Notes: generated by a model from the sequence alone, not told the origin. A stretch of 64,000 bases of DNA from Spirochaetia bacterium (GCA_965226055.1 CBDDCA010000003.1:64001-128000), one strand, 5' to 3'. Numbered from the stretch's first letter, positions 28,543 to 39,330 are shown. Translations and numbers: made by a program.

Positions 28543-30065
28543 TATATTGTTTCTCCTGATTCTTTATGGGTACATAATGTCATAATATATTCCTGAGTGA
28601 TAGCGTTTTTATCAGTAATATCTCCCACTAAACTCCCCTCTCGCATTACTAATACTCTGTCTGATAAATGGATAATCTCAGGTAACTCACTTGAAATAAT
28701 AATGATAAGTGTGCCTTGTCTAGCGAGCTTTTTGATGATTTTATATATTTCATGTTTAGCACCAATATCTATGCCTCTTGTGGGTTCATCTAATATCAAT
28801 ACTTTAGGTGCTATATTGAGCCATCGTGCTAATAAAATCTTTTGTTGATTTCCTCCTGAAAGTTCATCTACTTTTGTCGACTTGGTTGTTTTGATATTTA
28901 GTTCCTCTATAGACCGTTCTGCTATTGCATCATTGATTTTATTGTTGATAAATATGTTGATATACGCATTATCTCTCTGTTTATTTTCCACAATATTCTC
29001 TAGTGAATTCATGTCTAAAAATAAGCCTTGTAGCTTTCTGTCTTCAGGTACCATTCCTATACCATACTTGATAGCATCTATAGGACTTTTTATAGAAAGT
29101 TTTTCTTCGTTTAAGTAGACTGAACCTTGTTTTAAGGTATCTGCTCCAAATAGTAGTCTTGCAAGTTCACTTCTGCCTGATCCTATTAAGCCTGAAATAC
29201 CAATGACTTGTCCAGAGGATAGCTCACATGATATATTTTTTACAAAGCCAGATTCATCGTGTATATTTTCTAGTTTTAGACGAGTTTGTAATTTCCCATT
29301 GTTTTCTTGTGTACTGCTATCTTGTTCATCATAAAACGAAGAAATAGTTCTTCCTACCATCATATAGATAATTTTTTCTATGTCTTGTACTTGAGATTCA
29401 CCAATATACTTACCATCACGTAATACCGCAACTCTGTCTGCAATCTTTTCTATTTCATCCATTTTGTGACTAATAAAAATAATAGTTATGCCCTGTGATT
29501 GTAATGATTGGATAAGCTCAAAAAGATTTTTCACTTCTTTATCGCTTAATGAGGCTGTTGGCTCATCCATAATAATAAGATTGCTATTATGAGAAATGGC
29601 TCTTGCTATTTCTATTTGTTGTCTCTGAGCAATACTCAGAATGCCTGCTTTATCTGTTGCAGAAAAATCAGCTTTAAGGGTACGAAGTATTTCATCTGCT
29701 TTTGTTATCATGCTCTTTTTATCTAAGAATCCCCATGACTGCGTTTCATTTCCCATGAAGATATTTTCCATAACAGTAATGTTAGGAGCTATACTAAGCT
29801 CCTGATAAATAAGAGAGATTCCTATGCTTCTGACATATGATAGAGAAAATTGCTCATATGGTTTCCCCTTAAAAAGCAAGATCCCCTTATCTATATCTGG
29901 AGTATATACTCCAGATATAATTTTCATAAGGGTACTTTTTCCTGCTCCATTTTCACCAGATAGAGCAAGCACCTCACCTTTATATACTTTCATAGAAACA
30001 TCATCAAGCACCTTGATTGGACCAAAGCTTTTACTAATATTTCTAATTTCTAATATAGTTTCCAT
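28542..30065 (-). CDS. rbsA: Ribose-type sugar ABC transporter ATP-binding protein (tandem NBDs)
   Basis: GENGAGKSTL, MDEPTASL, VPEDRK, LSGGNQQK and LDEPTRGIDIGAK motifs. Confidence 0.88.
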   Translation of the reverse strand: METILEIRNISKSFGPIKVLDDVSMKVYKGEVLALSGENGAGKSTLMKIISGVYTPDIDKGILLFKGKPYEQFSLSYVRSIGISLIYQELSIAPNITVMENIFMGNETQSWGFLDKKSMITKADEILRTLKADFSATDKAGILSIAQRQQIEIARAISHNSNLIIMDEPTASLSDKEVKNLFELIQSLQSQGITIIFISHKMDEIEKIADRVAVLRDGKYIGESQVQDIEKIIYMMVGRTISSFYDEQDSSTQENNGKLQTRLKLENIHDESGFVKNISCELSSGQVIGISGLIGSGRSELARLLFGADTLKQGSVYLNEEKLSIKSPIDAIKYGIGMVPEDRKLQGLFLDMNSLENIVENKQRDNAYINIFINNKINDAIAERSIEELNIKTTKSTKVDELSGGNQQKILLARWLNIAPKVLILDEPTRGIDIGAKHEIYKIIKKLARQGTLIIIISSELPEIIHLSDRVLVMREGSLVGDITDKNAITQEYIMTLCTHKESGETI

Positions 30066-30091
30066 GTACTATGAATAGTTCTAATATAGTT

Positions 30092-31048
30092 CTAATTTGG
30101 TACATCCCAACCGTCATAGCTGTCTATATTATCTTTTGTAATCAATGTTACTGGTACTAATATTGTATCTTCTGCAGGAGGACTGCTGTTATTTACTGCT
30201 ATATCGTATCCAACTTCTACTGCTGTTTCTGTCATTAGATATGGATCTTGTGCAGCTGTTGCAAGAAAAATAGAATCTGGATCTTTTAAGGCTACTACTG
30301 CATCAGGAGAACCATCAACTCCTACTATAAATAGTTCATTTTCTCTTTTTGCTTGTTTTACTGCTAATTCTGCACCAATGCCTGTAGGATCATTAATTGC
30401 AAATACAGCATCAATAGAGTCAAATGCAGTAAGAAGATCTGTCATAACTTTGAGCCCGCCTTCCCTACTTCCTCCTGCGTTTTGATTATCTGAAAGGATG
30501 GTAATATCAGGGTATTGAGCAAATACATCTTTCGCTCCTCTTACTCTGTCTATCACTGCAGTGACTGGTGGGCCATTGATGATGACTACATTGCCTTTTC
30601 CATTGAGTCTTTTTGCTAAAAATTCTGCTGGTAAATATCCTGCTTGATAGTTATCGGATGTTACAGTGACATCAACTCCTCCGTCTGCTCCCACATCTGC
30701 AGCAATAATGGTAAGCCCTGCTGCTTTTGCTCTTTTTACTGCAGGGGCTATTCCTTTTGTGTCTGCTGCATTTAATATGATAATTTTTACTCCTCCTGCA
30801 ATAAAATTATCAATCTGACTCACCTGCTTATTCAAATCATATGAACTGGATAAGAGCGTAAGAGATGCTTTATTATCAGTAAGTTGGTTTAGCTTATCCT
30901 CTGCTCCTTTTCCCATTGTGTAGAAAAAAGGGTTTCCTAGATCTCCTACTGTCATGCCTACTTTCAATTCTTCTGATTTTTTAGCACAGCTAATAAATAC
31001 GCTCAATACCATTAGTGTTACTAACAAAGATATAATTATCTTTTTCAT
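30092..31048 (-). CDS. rbsB: Sugar ABC transporter substrate-binding lipoprotein (RbsB-like)
   Basis: Lipobox FIS-C, NPFF, SDNYQAG, FAIND and VGVDGSPDA motifs; SD gaggagg. Confidence 0.82.
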   Translation of the reverse strand: MKKIIISLLVTLMVLSVFISCAKKSEELKVGMTVGDLGNPFFYTMGKGAEDKLNQLTDNKASLTLLSSSYDLNKQVSQIDNFIAGGVKIIILNAADTKGIAPAVKRAKAAGLTIIAADVGADGGVDVTVTSDNYQAGYLPAEFLAKRLNGKGNVVIINGPPVTAVIDRVRGAKDVFAQYPDITILSDNQNAGGSREGGLKVMTDLLTAFDSIDAVFAINDPTGIGAELAVKQAKRENELFIVGVDGSPDAVVALKDPDSIFLATAAQDPYLMTETAVEVGYDIAVNNSSPPAEDTILVPVTLITKDNIDSYDGWDVPN

Positions 31049-31197
31049 GCTTCCTCCTCAATATATAAATAACTTATTATATATAGTATAGCATAAAATA
31101 TTCTGTGAATGTTTTATATGTTTGCAAGTTCAAGTATTAAATGTGAAAAAAAGAAGAAAAATAGGATGCTGTACTTAGTCTTTTTAATTGCAATTTT

Positions 31198-32370
31198 TTA
31201 TACAAACATTCTTTGTAATAGGCCTTTCTTATACAGCTTTGTAAGTGCTACTTGTTTCTGTGTGAGCGATATTTTTGTGTCAAGGCTCTGCAGAAAAGAG
31301 GCTATCTTTTGTTGTTCGGGGAGGGTGGGAAGTAATACTTTTTCTTGAGAATAATCCTTAAAATATATATGAGGAATAACACTTCCAATAATATATTTTG
31401 AAAATACAATTCTTTGTAATACACTGTATAAAAAATATACATTAATTTTTTCTTTTTTTGGTTTAATTATATCGAGTGTTCCTAAAACAGAAGAATACGG
31501 TGAGCAGAGATGTATTTTTCCTACTGCACCATCTTTTACTATTGCTACATAAGGTTCTGTTTCTCTAAAAAAATCTACTCTTTTAATCTCTCCCGCTGCC
31601 CCATAAACAGCATATGTTCCTCTTAATTCTTTCAAACTATCTAGGGTAATATCAGAAGATACTTTAGTTACTACCTCCCCCAGCCTCCTCTCTTCCCAAT
31701 CGGGATACTCGTTTCCTTGATCGTCCTTAAAGCGTAGCTCCTGTGAAAAGAGTTTTTGCATGATGCCTTTTTTGTATGACTGCAATAGCACTACTTTTCT
31801 TTCAAGGAGCTGTATCTTTGTGTCTACACTCTGCAGAAAAGATGCTATCTTTTGTTGTTCAGGGAGGGTGGGACTGTAAAACTTTGTATTAGAGATAATA
31901 CTATTGTAAAGTCTTTGTATTGTCCCTCCTTCTGAATCATATCTGACTATTTGATATATGTAGTACAAAAAAACATTGTAAACTAATTTTTCATCATTTT
32001 CAATCCAAACTATATTTGAATCTTGGTAATATGAGTCACTTCCATCATATATGACAGTTCTCCCTAAAGTACCTGATGCTGATATTAAAATCTCCCCAAC
32101 TTTAGGGAATGAAAATCTGTTTTTATAATCTGCATAAAGCTCATAACTTATAAACGCATCTGCTTTTTTACCAAAGGTTGAGATTTTATAAAAAGGAATA
32201 TCTCCAACTTCAGTAGTTTGATTGCTAAAAACTCTTTTACACATTTTAATTTTTCCAATATCCCCCAGCCTCCTCTCTTCCCAGTCGGGAAAATCAGAAC
32301 CATCGTCCTGCTTGAAGCGTATTTGTGGGGGGGGGGGGGGTAAGTGCTGATTTTTGTCTTGTTTGATCAT
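31198..32370 (-). CDS. hsdS: Type I restriction-modification specificity subunit (solitary, phase-variable)
   Basis: Two TRDs with conserved spacers PDWEERRLG and PTLPEQQKIASFLQS, plus YKKGIMQKLFSQELRFKD and the YKKGLLQRMFV end. Confidence 0.95.
   Translation of the reverse strand: MIKQDKNQHLPPPPPQIRFKQDDGSDFPDWEERRLGDIGKIKMCKRVFSNQTTEVGDIPFYKISTFGKKADAFISYELYADYKNRFSFPKVGEILISASGTLGRTVIYDGSDSYYQDSNIVWIENDEKLVYNVFLYYIYQIVRYDSEGGTIQRLYNSIISNTKFYSPTLPEQQKIASFLQSVDTKIQLLERKVVLLQSYKKGIMQKLFSQELRFKDDQGNEYPDWEERRLGEVVTKVSSDITLDSLKELRGTYAVYGAAGEIKRVDFFRETEPYVAIVKDGAVGKIHLCSPYSSVLGTLDIIKPKKEKINVYFLYSVLQRIVFSKYIIGSVIPHIYFKDYSQEKVLLPTLPEQQKIASFLQSLDTKISLTQKQVALTKLYKKGLLQRMFV
31286..32290. repeat. Two pairs of direct repeats flanking each hsdS TRD
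   Basis: 45-bp repeat at 31286-31330 and 31829-31873 (2 mismatches); 30-bp repeat at 31676-31705 and 32261-32290 (1 mismatch). Confidence 0.88.
32327..32340 (-). repeat. Poly-C14 (G14 on +) simple sequence repeat in the hsdS 5' coding region
   Basis: atttgt-G14-taagtg; encodes PPPPP at codons 11-15 and is currently in frame. Confidence 0.95.
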
Positions 32371-32473
32371 CTAATAGTAGTATAGCAATATAGCCATTAT
32401 GTAAATATTTCTATAGTATTTTTCTGTTATAATATTGAAGACAGGATGCCTTTTTGTACTATAATGGTAGTAT

Positions 32474-35170
32474 ATGGCAGAGTATTCTCACGTAAATAAA
32501 GAACTACAGAATAAAGAATCGCAGAATAAAAAAAAGCCTCGATTTTTTACCACAAAATCAATACTGTATGGTACATTTGCTTTATTTTTTGGCATTATTG
32601 TAGGGGTAGGATTAGGGGCAACATACAAAATAGGAATAATCAACCGTTCGACTGTAAGTGAAACATCGCTTCCTTCACGTGTCCTTGATAGAAATGGAGC
32701 GCTCATCACTACCTTTTTCTCTCAAGAGAACAGAAAAATTGTACATTTTCAAGAGATTCCAAAGATACTCATGCAAGCGCTTATTACTCGTGAAGATCAA
32801 ACATTCTTTCAACATTCAGGCTTTAGTGTAAGAGGCACTATTCGTGCAGCATATAATATCTTACTTGATAATTTTGTGTCAGGAGGAAGTACCCTTTCAC
32901 AACAAGTTGCAGGGGTAAAATACGCAGATAGACGAGAGTTTTCAATAAAAAGAAAACTAAAAGAACTATGGTGGTCATTTCAATTAGAGCTTTCTTGGTC
33001 AAAACAAGAAATTATTGAAGAGTATCTCAATAAAATGTATTTTGGGCATGGAAATTACGGAGTAGAAACTGCAAGTCAATTTTTCTTTGATCATGATGCA
33101 AAATCGATAAATGCAGCCGAAGCGGTAATGTTGATGATTCAGCTTGCCAATCCTGCGTATTATTCCCCATTTAAGAACCCTAATATAGCACGGGAAAGGC
33201 AACACACTATTCTGCAACAAATGGTAGATCTTAGATTTATTAGTGATGATACTATGCAAAAAGAAATACAACTCTATTGGGATAATTTTGATTATACGCG
33301 GGAAGGATATAGCAGTGCTTTTTTAGAACGTGATGATAAAGCACCTTACTTTAGTGAGCATATACGAAAAATATTGAAAGAAGATTTAGGGTTTAGTGAT
33401 AACGATATAAATTTTGGTGGCTTAACTATTTATACTACATTAGATTTATCTTTTCAAAGAAAAGCAAGAAAATACTTTGATGAAGGATTGAAAAAAGCAA
33501 ATGCTATGTATAAGAAAAATAAAACCTCGTCAAGTTCAAAACAAGAAAATATTCTGCCTACCATAGCGCTTAGTTCTCTTCTTTTTGATGGTTCTGGAGA
33601 TTTTTTTCATCGTAGTTCTTTGTTAGAACAACGTGTAATGAATTATTTTTCTCATTCATTACAACCTACCCTCTCTATGTTACATGGTATGTTTGAACCA
33701 TCTCCAAATTCACTGCTTGCAAATGTTATAAAAAAAGGGAAAGAACATGTACAGCAAAAATTTTCCGAAGAGACAGTTGAAGGGGCTATGGTCACCATAG
33801 ACAATAACACTGGACATATTCTTGCTATGATTGGAGGGAGTAATTTTGAAACATCAAATCAATTCAATAGGGCAACAAGTGCGTTTGTACAACCTGGTTC
33901 TTCCTTTAAGCCTCTCTACTATGTAGCGGGGATAGAACATAAAATCATCAGTCCTTCAAGTATTATATGGGACAGTCCTGTGGTATTCTTTTATGACGAA
34001 ACTGAAACATATACTCCTCGTAACTATAAAGGCGAATGGAAAGGTGCTGTGTCCGTGCGATCGGCTTTGTCGCAATCTATGAATGTACCATCGTTAAAAG
34101 TGTTACAAAAAGTAGGGTTTGAAAAAGTATTGGATATAACGGGACGACTTCTCAATATTCCAGTGGAAGAACGAGAAGCATATGGACTTGTAGAGAAATA
34201 TCCTGTAGGACTGGGAATAGTAAGTGTAGCTCCCATTGCAATGGCAAATGCCTATGTTACTCTTGCAAACGGTGGATCATCACTCCCCCCTATTGCTATA
34301 CAGTATATAAAAAACAAAGATGGCAAAACTATCATAAATGTAGAACAAAAAATAAAAACAGATGCTGCCACTAAGAGTAAGCGAATTATTTCTCCTCAAT
34401 CAGCGTATATTATTACTTCAATATTAGAAAGTACGGTAAACGAAGGTACTCTACGCTATGCAAAGTATCAAGCAAAAGGCTTTACACAACCTACTGCAGG
34501 AAAAACAGGCACTACTCAAAATTGGTCTGATGCATGGACCTTAGGATTTACTCCGTATTTTACCACTGCCATATGGTTTGGCTTTGATAGAGGAGGACAA
34601 TCACTTGGTACAAATCAAACTGGTGCAATTACCACAGGCCCTGTTTGGGGGAAATACATGGAAGATATAAATAAAGATCTCCCTAAAAAAGATTTTACAA
34701 AACCAGGCAATATCATTACTGTCAATATAAATCCCGATAACAATACTATTGCAACATCTCAATCAAATAAAGTGCGTCAAGAAGTATTTATTGTAGGAAC
34801 AGAACCAAAAGAAAAAGATGATACTTTATATAAAACGCTACAGTTTGATGAATCTACAGCAAAGCTGCAACATTCAATGTGGCATATACATATTCCTTAT
34901 GCAACAAAAGGAAGATTTGAAAGCACTATCCAAAAACTTACACAAGATACTCTCCTTTTTTCTGAGGCATATCAGCAACAGAATCCCTATGGTAATCTTA
35001 GCACAAACACACGTAATACAAGAAGCCTCAATCTTCGATTAAAAGTTCCCAGCATACGAAGATTAAAAGATACTAATACGATACTTCCTACAAATAGCAA
35101 CTCTAACAATACTGCTACTATCGATCCCTCAGATGAAGATATTTCTTCGCAAAGTAACCCTTTTCTTTAA
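32474..35170 (+). CDS. mrcA: Class A penicillin-binding protein (PBP1A family)
   Basis: TM anchor, transglycosylase motifs (EDQTFFQHSG, GGSTLSQQ, YLNKMYFG) and transpeptidase SxxK (PGSSFKP), SMN and GKTGTT. Confidence 0.9.
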   Translation: MAEYSHVNKELQNKESQNKKKPRFFTTKSILYGTFALFFGIIVGVGLGATYKIGIINRSTVSETSLPSRVLDRNGALITTFFSQENRKIVHFQEIPKILMQALITREDQTFFQHSGFSVRGTIRAAYNILLDNFVSGGSTLSQQVAGVKYADRREFSIKRKLKELWWSFQLELSWSKQEIIEEYLNKMYFGHGNYGVETASQFFFDHDAKSINAAEAVMLMIQLANPAYYSPFKNPNIARERQHTILQQMVDLRFISDDTMQKEIQLYWDNFDYTREGYSSAFLERDDKAPYFSEHIRKILKEDLGFSDNDINFGGLTIYTTLDLSFQRKARKYFDEGLKKANAMYKKNKTSSSSKQENILPTIALSSLLFDGSGDFFHRSSLLEQRVMNYFSHSLQPTLSMLHGMFEPSPNSLLANVIKKGKEHVQQKFSEETVEGAMVTIDNNTGHILAMIGGSNFETSNQFNRATSAFVQPGSSFKPLYYVAGIEHKIISPSSIIWDSPVVFFYDETETYTPRNYKGEWKGAVSVRSALSQSMNVPSLKVLQKVGFEKVLDITGRLLNIPVEEREAYGLVEKYPVGLGIVSVAPIAMANAYVTLANGGSSLPPIAIQYIKNKDGKTIINVEQKIKTDAATKSKRIISPQSAYIITSILESTVNEGTLRYAKYQAKGFTQPTAGKTGTTQNWSDAWTLGFTPYFTTAIWFGFDRGGQSLGTNQTGAITTGPVWGKYMEDINKDLPKKDFTKPGNIITVNINPDNNTIATSQSNKVRQEVFIVGTEPKEKDDTLYKTLQFDESTAKLQHSMWHIHIPYATKGRFESTIQKLTQDTLLFSEAYQQQNPYGNLSTNTRNTRSLNLRLKVPSIRRLKDTNTILPTNSNSNNTATIDPSDEDISSQSNPFL

Positions 35171-35227
35171 TGGTTGTTTGTTGTTGTACGGACTATGCTA
35201 ATGCTATAAATATCTTAAAAAAATAGC

Positions 35228-36562
35228 TTAAAACTGCAGTCGCACTATTTTTTTCTTCCCTAATTTTACAATAATATCATCGGTCGGAGACAGGAATGTT
35301 TCATTGACTATTAAGTCACTTGTGTCCACTACATCATCAAACAATCGAGCTCCTCCTTGTTGTATAAGTCTCCGCACTTCACTTTTACTGGAGCATAAGC
35401 CACTATATAAAAATATATCAACGACAGACATTCCTTTTTGTAAATCCTCTCTCTGTAACTGTACTGTAGGAATATCGCTTTGCGTTTGTGTACTATTGCT
35501 AGAATCATTATTGCATATTTTTTCAAGCAAGGTAATGGTGTCCTTGCTTAAGGCATCTTTATGCTGAGCAAGAATACGATATATTACAGCATTTATTTTT
35601 GCCTGTGAGAACATTGCACGAGCAGACATGAGCATATTCCATGCAGTAGTTTCTCCATGCATAATTGCAGTAACGTAATAGGCAAGCACTTCCTTTGCTG
35701 TGTTTAGCTCTTGTTCTTTTAAGCTGCTCCAAAAATCTATTTCTTCTTTTGGGAGAAATGTATAGAGTTTTAAGAATCGGACACAATCCCTGTCATCAAC
35801 GTTGCGCCAGTACTGATAAAAATCAAATGTATTTGTTAATCTATCATCAATAAATACTGCACCATCCTCTGATTTTCCCATCTTCATGCCATCAGAACGC
35901 GTTACCAATGGTAAGGTATAGCCAAAGCATTCTTTTCCATGAACTCTCCGTATAAGTTCGCATCCCGCCACAATATTTGCCCACTGATCAGCTCCTCCAA
36001 ATTGCAATGTACATTGATGCTCTTGAAACAAATGGAGAAAATCATAGGACTGTAATAGTTGATAATTAAACTCTAAAAAACTCAATCCTGTTTCTAATCG
36101 CTTTTTATATGTTTCAAAACTCAACATTCTATTTACAGAAAAATGTTTTCCTATATCACGAATAAAACTGATGTATTGTAAATTATCAAGCCATGCACTA
36201 TTATCGACAAACTGAGCTTGTATATCTAAGCGAGAGAAAATTGATTGTACTTGATCTTTAATTTTGTTAGTATTGCTCTGTAGCTCTTCAGCGGAAAGAA
36301 TAGGACGTGCTTTACTTTTTCCAGAAGGATCCCCTACTTTTGCGGTACCAGTACCAAGCACAATAATAGGGCTATGTCCGTATCGATAGAAATGGCACAT
36401 AAGATACAATGGCACAAAATGACCAATGTGTAAACTTTCTCCTGTAGGATCTACTCCTACATATGCAGTAATCTTTTCTTTTTCAAAACGTGATTGGAGT
36501 TCTGTATCATTTGTGCATTGATAATAGAAGCCACGCCATTGCAGTTCTTCCCAAAGTGTCAT
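35228..36562 (-). CDS. tyrS: Tyrosine--tRNA ligase
   Basis: YVGVDPTGESLHIGH, EFNYQLLQSYDF, QFGGADQWAN, KMGKS and a C-terminal S4 domain (SKSEVRRLIQQGG). Confidence 0.97.
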   Translation of the reverse strand: MTLWEELQWRGFYYQCTNDTELQSRFEKEKITAYVGVDPTGESLHIGHFVPLYLMCHFYRYGHSPIIVLGTGTAKVGDPSGKSKARPILSAEELQSNTNKIKDQVQSIFSRLDIQAQFVDNSAWLDNLQYISFIRDIGKHFSVNRMLSFETYKKRLETGLSFLEFNYQLLQSYDFLHLFQEHQCTLQFGGADQWANIVAGCELIRRVHGKECFGYTLPLVTRSDGMKMGKSEDGAVFIDDRLTNTFDFYQYWRNVDDRDCVRFLKLYTFLPKEEIDFWSSLKEQELNTAKEVLAYYVTAIMHGETTAWNMLMSARAMFSQAKINAVIYRILAQHKDALSKDTITLLEKICNNDSSNSTQTQSDIPTVQLQREDLQKGMSVVDIFLYSGLCSSKSEVRRLIQQGGARLFDDVVDTSDLIVNETFLSPTDDIIVKLGKKKIVRLQF

Positions 36563-36563
36563 A

Positions 36564-37883
36564 TTATACTCGCTTGTAATTATGAATATAGTTTGTAAGA
36601 TATTTTCTGATATGAGAAATTGCTATTCTATCCTGTGTAAGTGTATCTCGATTTCTTATCGTAACTTTAGAGTCATCTTTTGTTTCATAGTCCACTGTAA
36701 TACACAGTGGAGTACCTATTTCATCTTGCCTTCGATACCGTTTTCCAATAGATCCTCCTGCATCAAAGCATACAGGCACTTCATTTTGTAGCGAAGTAAA
36801 AATATCTCTTGAAAGCTCCAGCAAGCCATCTTTTTTTACTAAAGGCAGCACTGCAAGCTGATAAGGACTGAGTGTAGGATGCATTTTCAATACTACTCTC
36901 ACTTCCCCATCTGCATTGTCTTCTTCATAACTATCGCATAAAACAAGCAACACAGAACGAGTAAGTCCTGCAGATGTTTCAATAATATAAGGAGTGTACT
37001 TTTTTCCTTCTTCATTTTGATATGATATGTCTTTTTTTGAGTACTTAGAATGCTGAGTAAGATCATAGTCTGATCGGTTATGCACTCCTTCCACTTCGTT
37101 CCATCCAAAAGGAAAATTATAATAAATATCAAAGGCAGCTTTTGCATAATGAGCAAGTTCATCAGGACCATGCTCATTAAATTTCAGGCATGATTCTTTA
37201 ATGCCTAAATCACGATAATATTGCATACGCTTTTCCATCCAAAACTCAAACCATTTAGCATCTGTATCGGGAGAAACAAAAAACTGCATTTCCATCTGTT
37301 CAAACTCACAGGTACGAAAAATAAAGTTCTTAAATACAAGTTCATTACGAAACGCTTTTCCTATTTGTGCTATACCAAAAGGAATTTTAAGGCGACTTGA
37401 TTGCTGCACATTCTTAAAGTTTACATAAATTCCCTGTGCTGTCTCTGGACGAAGATATACAGTCATTCTTGATTCTTCTGTTGAACCAAGCTGTGTGGCA
37501 AACATAAGATTAAAGTTTTTCGGTTTACTCAAAGGGTTACCATTAGGACTGGTATTGGTATCCCTTTGTTCTTGTGTAAGATGATCGTATCTATACCTTT
37601 CCTTTGTTATTGTATCTTCTACGAGAACATCAATAAAATTGTCTACATGGCCACTTGCTTTCCATACAGTTGGATGCATTAAGATTGCAGAATCAAGCCC
37701 TACAATATTTTCATTCTGCTGCACCATGCATTTCCACCAATAGTTTTGAATATTTTTTTTAAGCTCTACTCCTAAGGGGCCATAATCCCATGCAGAAGCA
37801 AGTCCGTTATATATTTCTGATGATTGAAAAATAAATCCTCTTCTTTTACACAAAGATACAATATGATCAATAGTACTAGCCAT
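36564..37883 (-). CDS. glyQS: Glycine--tRNA ligase (homodimeric type)
   Basis: CKRRGFIF, DYGPLGVELK, LRPETAQG, GKAFRNE, EFEQMEMQ and SIGKRYRRQDEIGTP motifs. Confidence 0.97.
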   Translation of the reverse strand: MASTIDHIVSLCKRRGFIFQSSEIYNGLASAWDYGPLGVELKKNIQNYWWKCMVQQNENIVGLDSAILMHPTVWKASGHVDNFIDVLVEDTITKERYRYDHLTQEQRDTNTSPNGNPLSKPKNFNLMFATQLGSTEESRMTVYLRPETAQGIYVNFKNVQQSSRLKIPFGIAQIGKAFRNELVFKNFIFRTCEFEQMEMQFFVSPDTDAKWFEFWMEKRMQYYRDLGIKESCLKFNEHGPDELAHYAKAAFDIYYNFPFGWNEVEGVHNRSDYDLTQHSKYSKKDISYQNEEGKKYTPYIIETSAGLTRSVLLVLCDSYEEDNADGEVRVVLKMHPTLSPYQLAVLPLVKKDGLLELSRDIFTSLQNEVPVCFDAGGSIGKRYRRQDEIGTPLCITVDYETKDDSKVTIRNRDTLTQDRIAISHIRKYLTNYIHNYKRV

Positions 37884-39330
37884 TATGTTTCTCCTTTTGT
37901 TTCTTTAATAATTCTAAAAATGTATGCACTCTTTGTAATACCTCATCATGCCCTATAGCATATTCTATTGCAACAGTCATTGCAGTTATGGGAGGTGATA
38001 TTTTACTTCCAGTAAGGGCTATACGCAAAGGCATAAGCACGTTTCCTAGCTTTATCCCTCTCTCCTTACTTGCACTGCGTATCTTCTCTTCAAGCTCCTC
38101 AGAGGAGCTATATTTTTTATCCTGTAGTATAGCTTGCACTAAATGTAATCCATCAATGAATGGTGATATTGATTTTTGTTCTACTAAAGCAATAGATGTA
38201 TCCATATCAGGAGCAACAAACAAAGGCTCTAATAAATCATTTGCATCAGAGAGAAGCTCCATACGTTCTTTGATACTAGGAACAATGCTTTTTTGTAACA
38301 TCTCCTTAAACGAAACTGAAATAGATCGCTTGTACTTTTTCTCTAAAAATGGTACTATCATATCAGTGAGATGCTCATCAGAACATGCTTTAATATAATG
38401 AGCATTAAACCAGCGTAATTTCTCCATGCTAAACTTTGCAGGATTTTTCTGTATGTTTCCTTGCATGAAATGTTCTGTGAGTTCTGTAAGGCTAAAAAAT
38501 TCACGCGAATCATCAAAGCTCCACCCTAAAAGAGCAATACAGTTTATAAGAGCTGCAGGCAAAATGCCCATATCACGCAACTCTCGTATGCTTATTGACC
38601 CATTACGTTTTGATAGCTTCTGCCCATCACTGCCTAGTACCATAGGTAAATGAGCGTATACAGGAGCTTCCCATCCTAGTACGGTATACATGTACACATG
38701 CACAGGAGTAGTAGGAATCCACTCTTGGGAACGCAATACATGAGTAATATCCATAGCATGATCATCTACCACATTTGCAAGATGATAGGTAGGCATTCCA
38801 TCTGATTTTAAGAGTATGGGATCAACTATCATGTCTTGAAATTTACGAACAATAGATCCTAGTATTCTATCATCAAACTGCTGTTCTCCTTCTAGTGGTA
38901 ACTTTAGACGAATGACAGGAGCTATGCCTTTTTGCTTATATGCAGTAATTTCTTCTGTACTCAAATTACGCGAAGAGCGATCGTAGTCTCCTTCTCTTTG
39001 CATTGAAGAAGTATAGCAATAATATGCAAAGCCTTTGTCAACTAAATTCTCAGCTATTTCCTGATATTTCTGTTTCCGTTGTGACTGAATGTATGGAGCA
39101 TAGGGACCTTTGTCTGTGTGTTCATCAGGTTCTATAGAGAGCCATTGTAATGACTCTAGCATATCATCTAAATATTCCTGTTTACTACGACTTGCGTCAG
39201 TATCTTCAACGCGCAATATAAATGTACCTCCTTGTGAATGTGCAAAGAGATAATTAAAGAGTGCTGTTCTCAGCCCTCCGATATGTTGAAGTCCTGTAGG
39301 AGAAGGAGCGTATCTTACTCGTATTGACAT
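37876..39330 (-). CDS. gltX: Glutamate--tRNA ligase
   Basis: RYAPSPTGLQHIGG, LRVEDTD, PTYHLANVVDDH and KLSKR motifs. Confidence 0.97.
   Translation of the reverse strand: MSIRVRYAPSPTGLQHIGGLRTALFNYLFAHSQGGTFILRVEDTDASRSKQEYLDDMLESLQWLSIEPDEHTDKGPYAPYIQSQRKQKYQEIAENLVDKGFAYYCYTSSMQREGDYDRSSRNLSTEEITAYKQKGIAPVIRLKLPLEGEQQFDDRILGSIVRKFQDMIVDPILLKSDGMPTYHLANVVDDHAMDITHVLRSQEWIPTTPVHVYMYTVLGWEAPVYAHLPMVLGSDGQKLSKRNGSISIRELRDMGILPAALINCIALLGWSFDDSREFFSLTELTEHFMQGNIQKNPAKFSMEKLRWFNAHYIKACSDEHLTDMIVPFLEKKYKRSISVSFKEMLQKSIVPSIKERMELLSDANDLLEPLFVAPDMDTSIALVEQKSISPFIDGLHLVQAILQDKKYSSSEELEEKIRSASKERGIKLGNVLMPLRIALTGSKISPPITAMTVAIEYAIGHDEVLQRVHTFLELLKKQKEKHNG

Noticed and set aside
31198-32370. Invertible hsdS shufflon
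   Set aside because: The repeats are direct rather than inverted, and no recombinase or silent hsdS copy is adjacent.
27428-32400. tRNA-anchored genomic island or prophage
   Set aside because: No integrase, phage genes or duplicated tRNA 3' end were seen; the short aggatgc...tgtact similarity flanking hsdS is too weak to call a target-site duplication.
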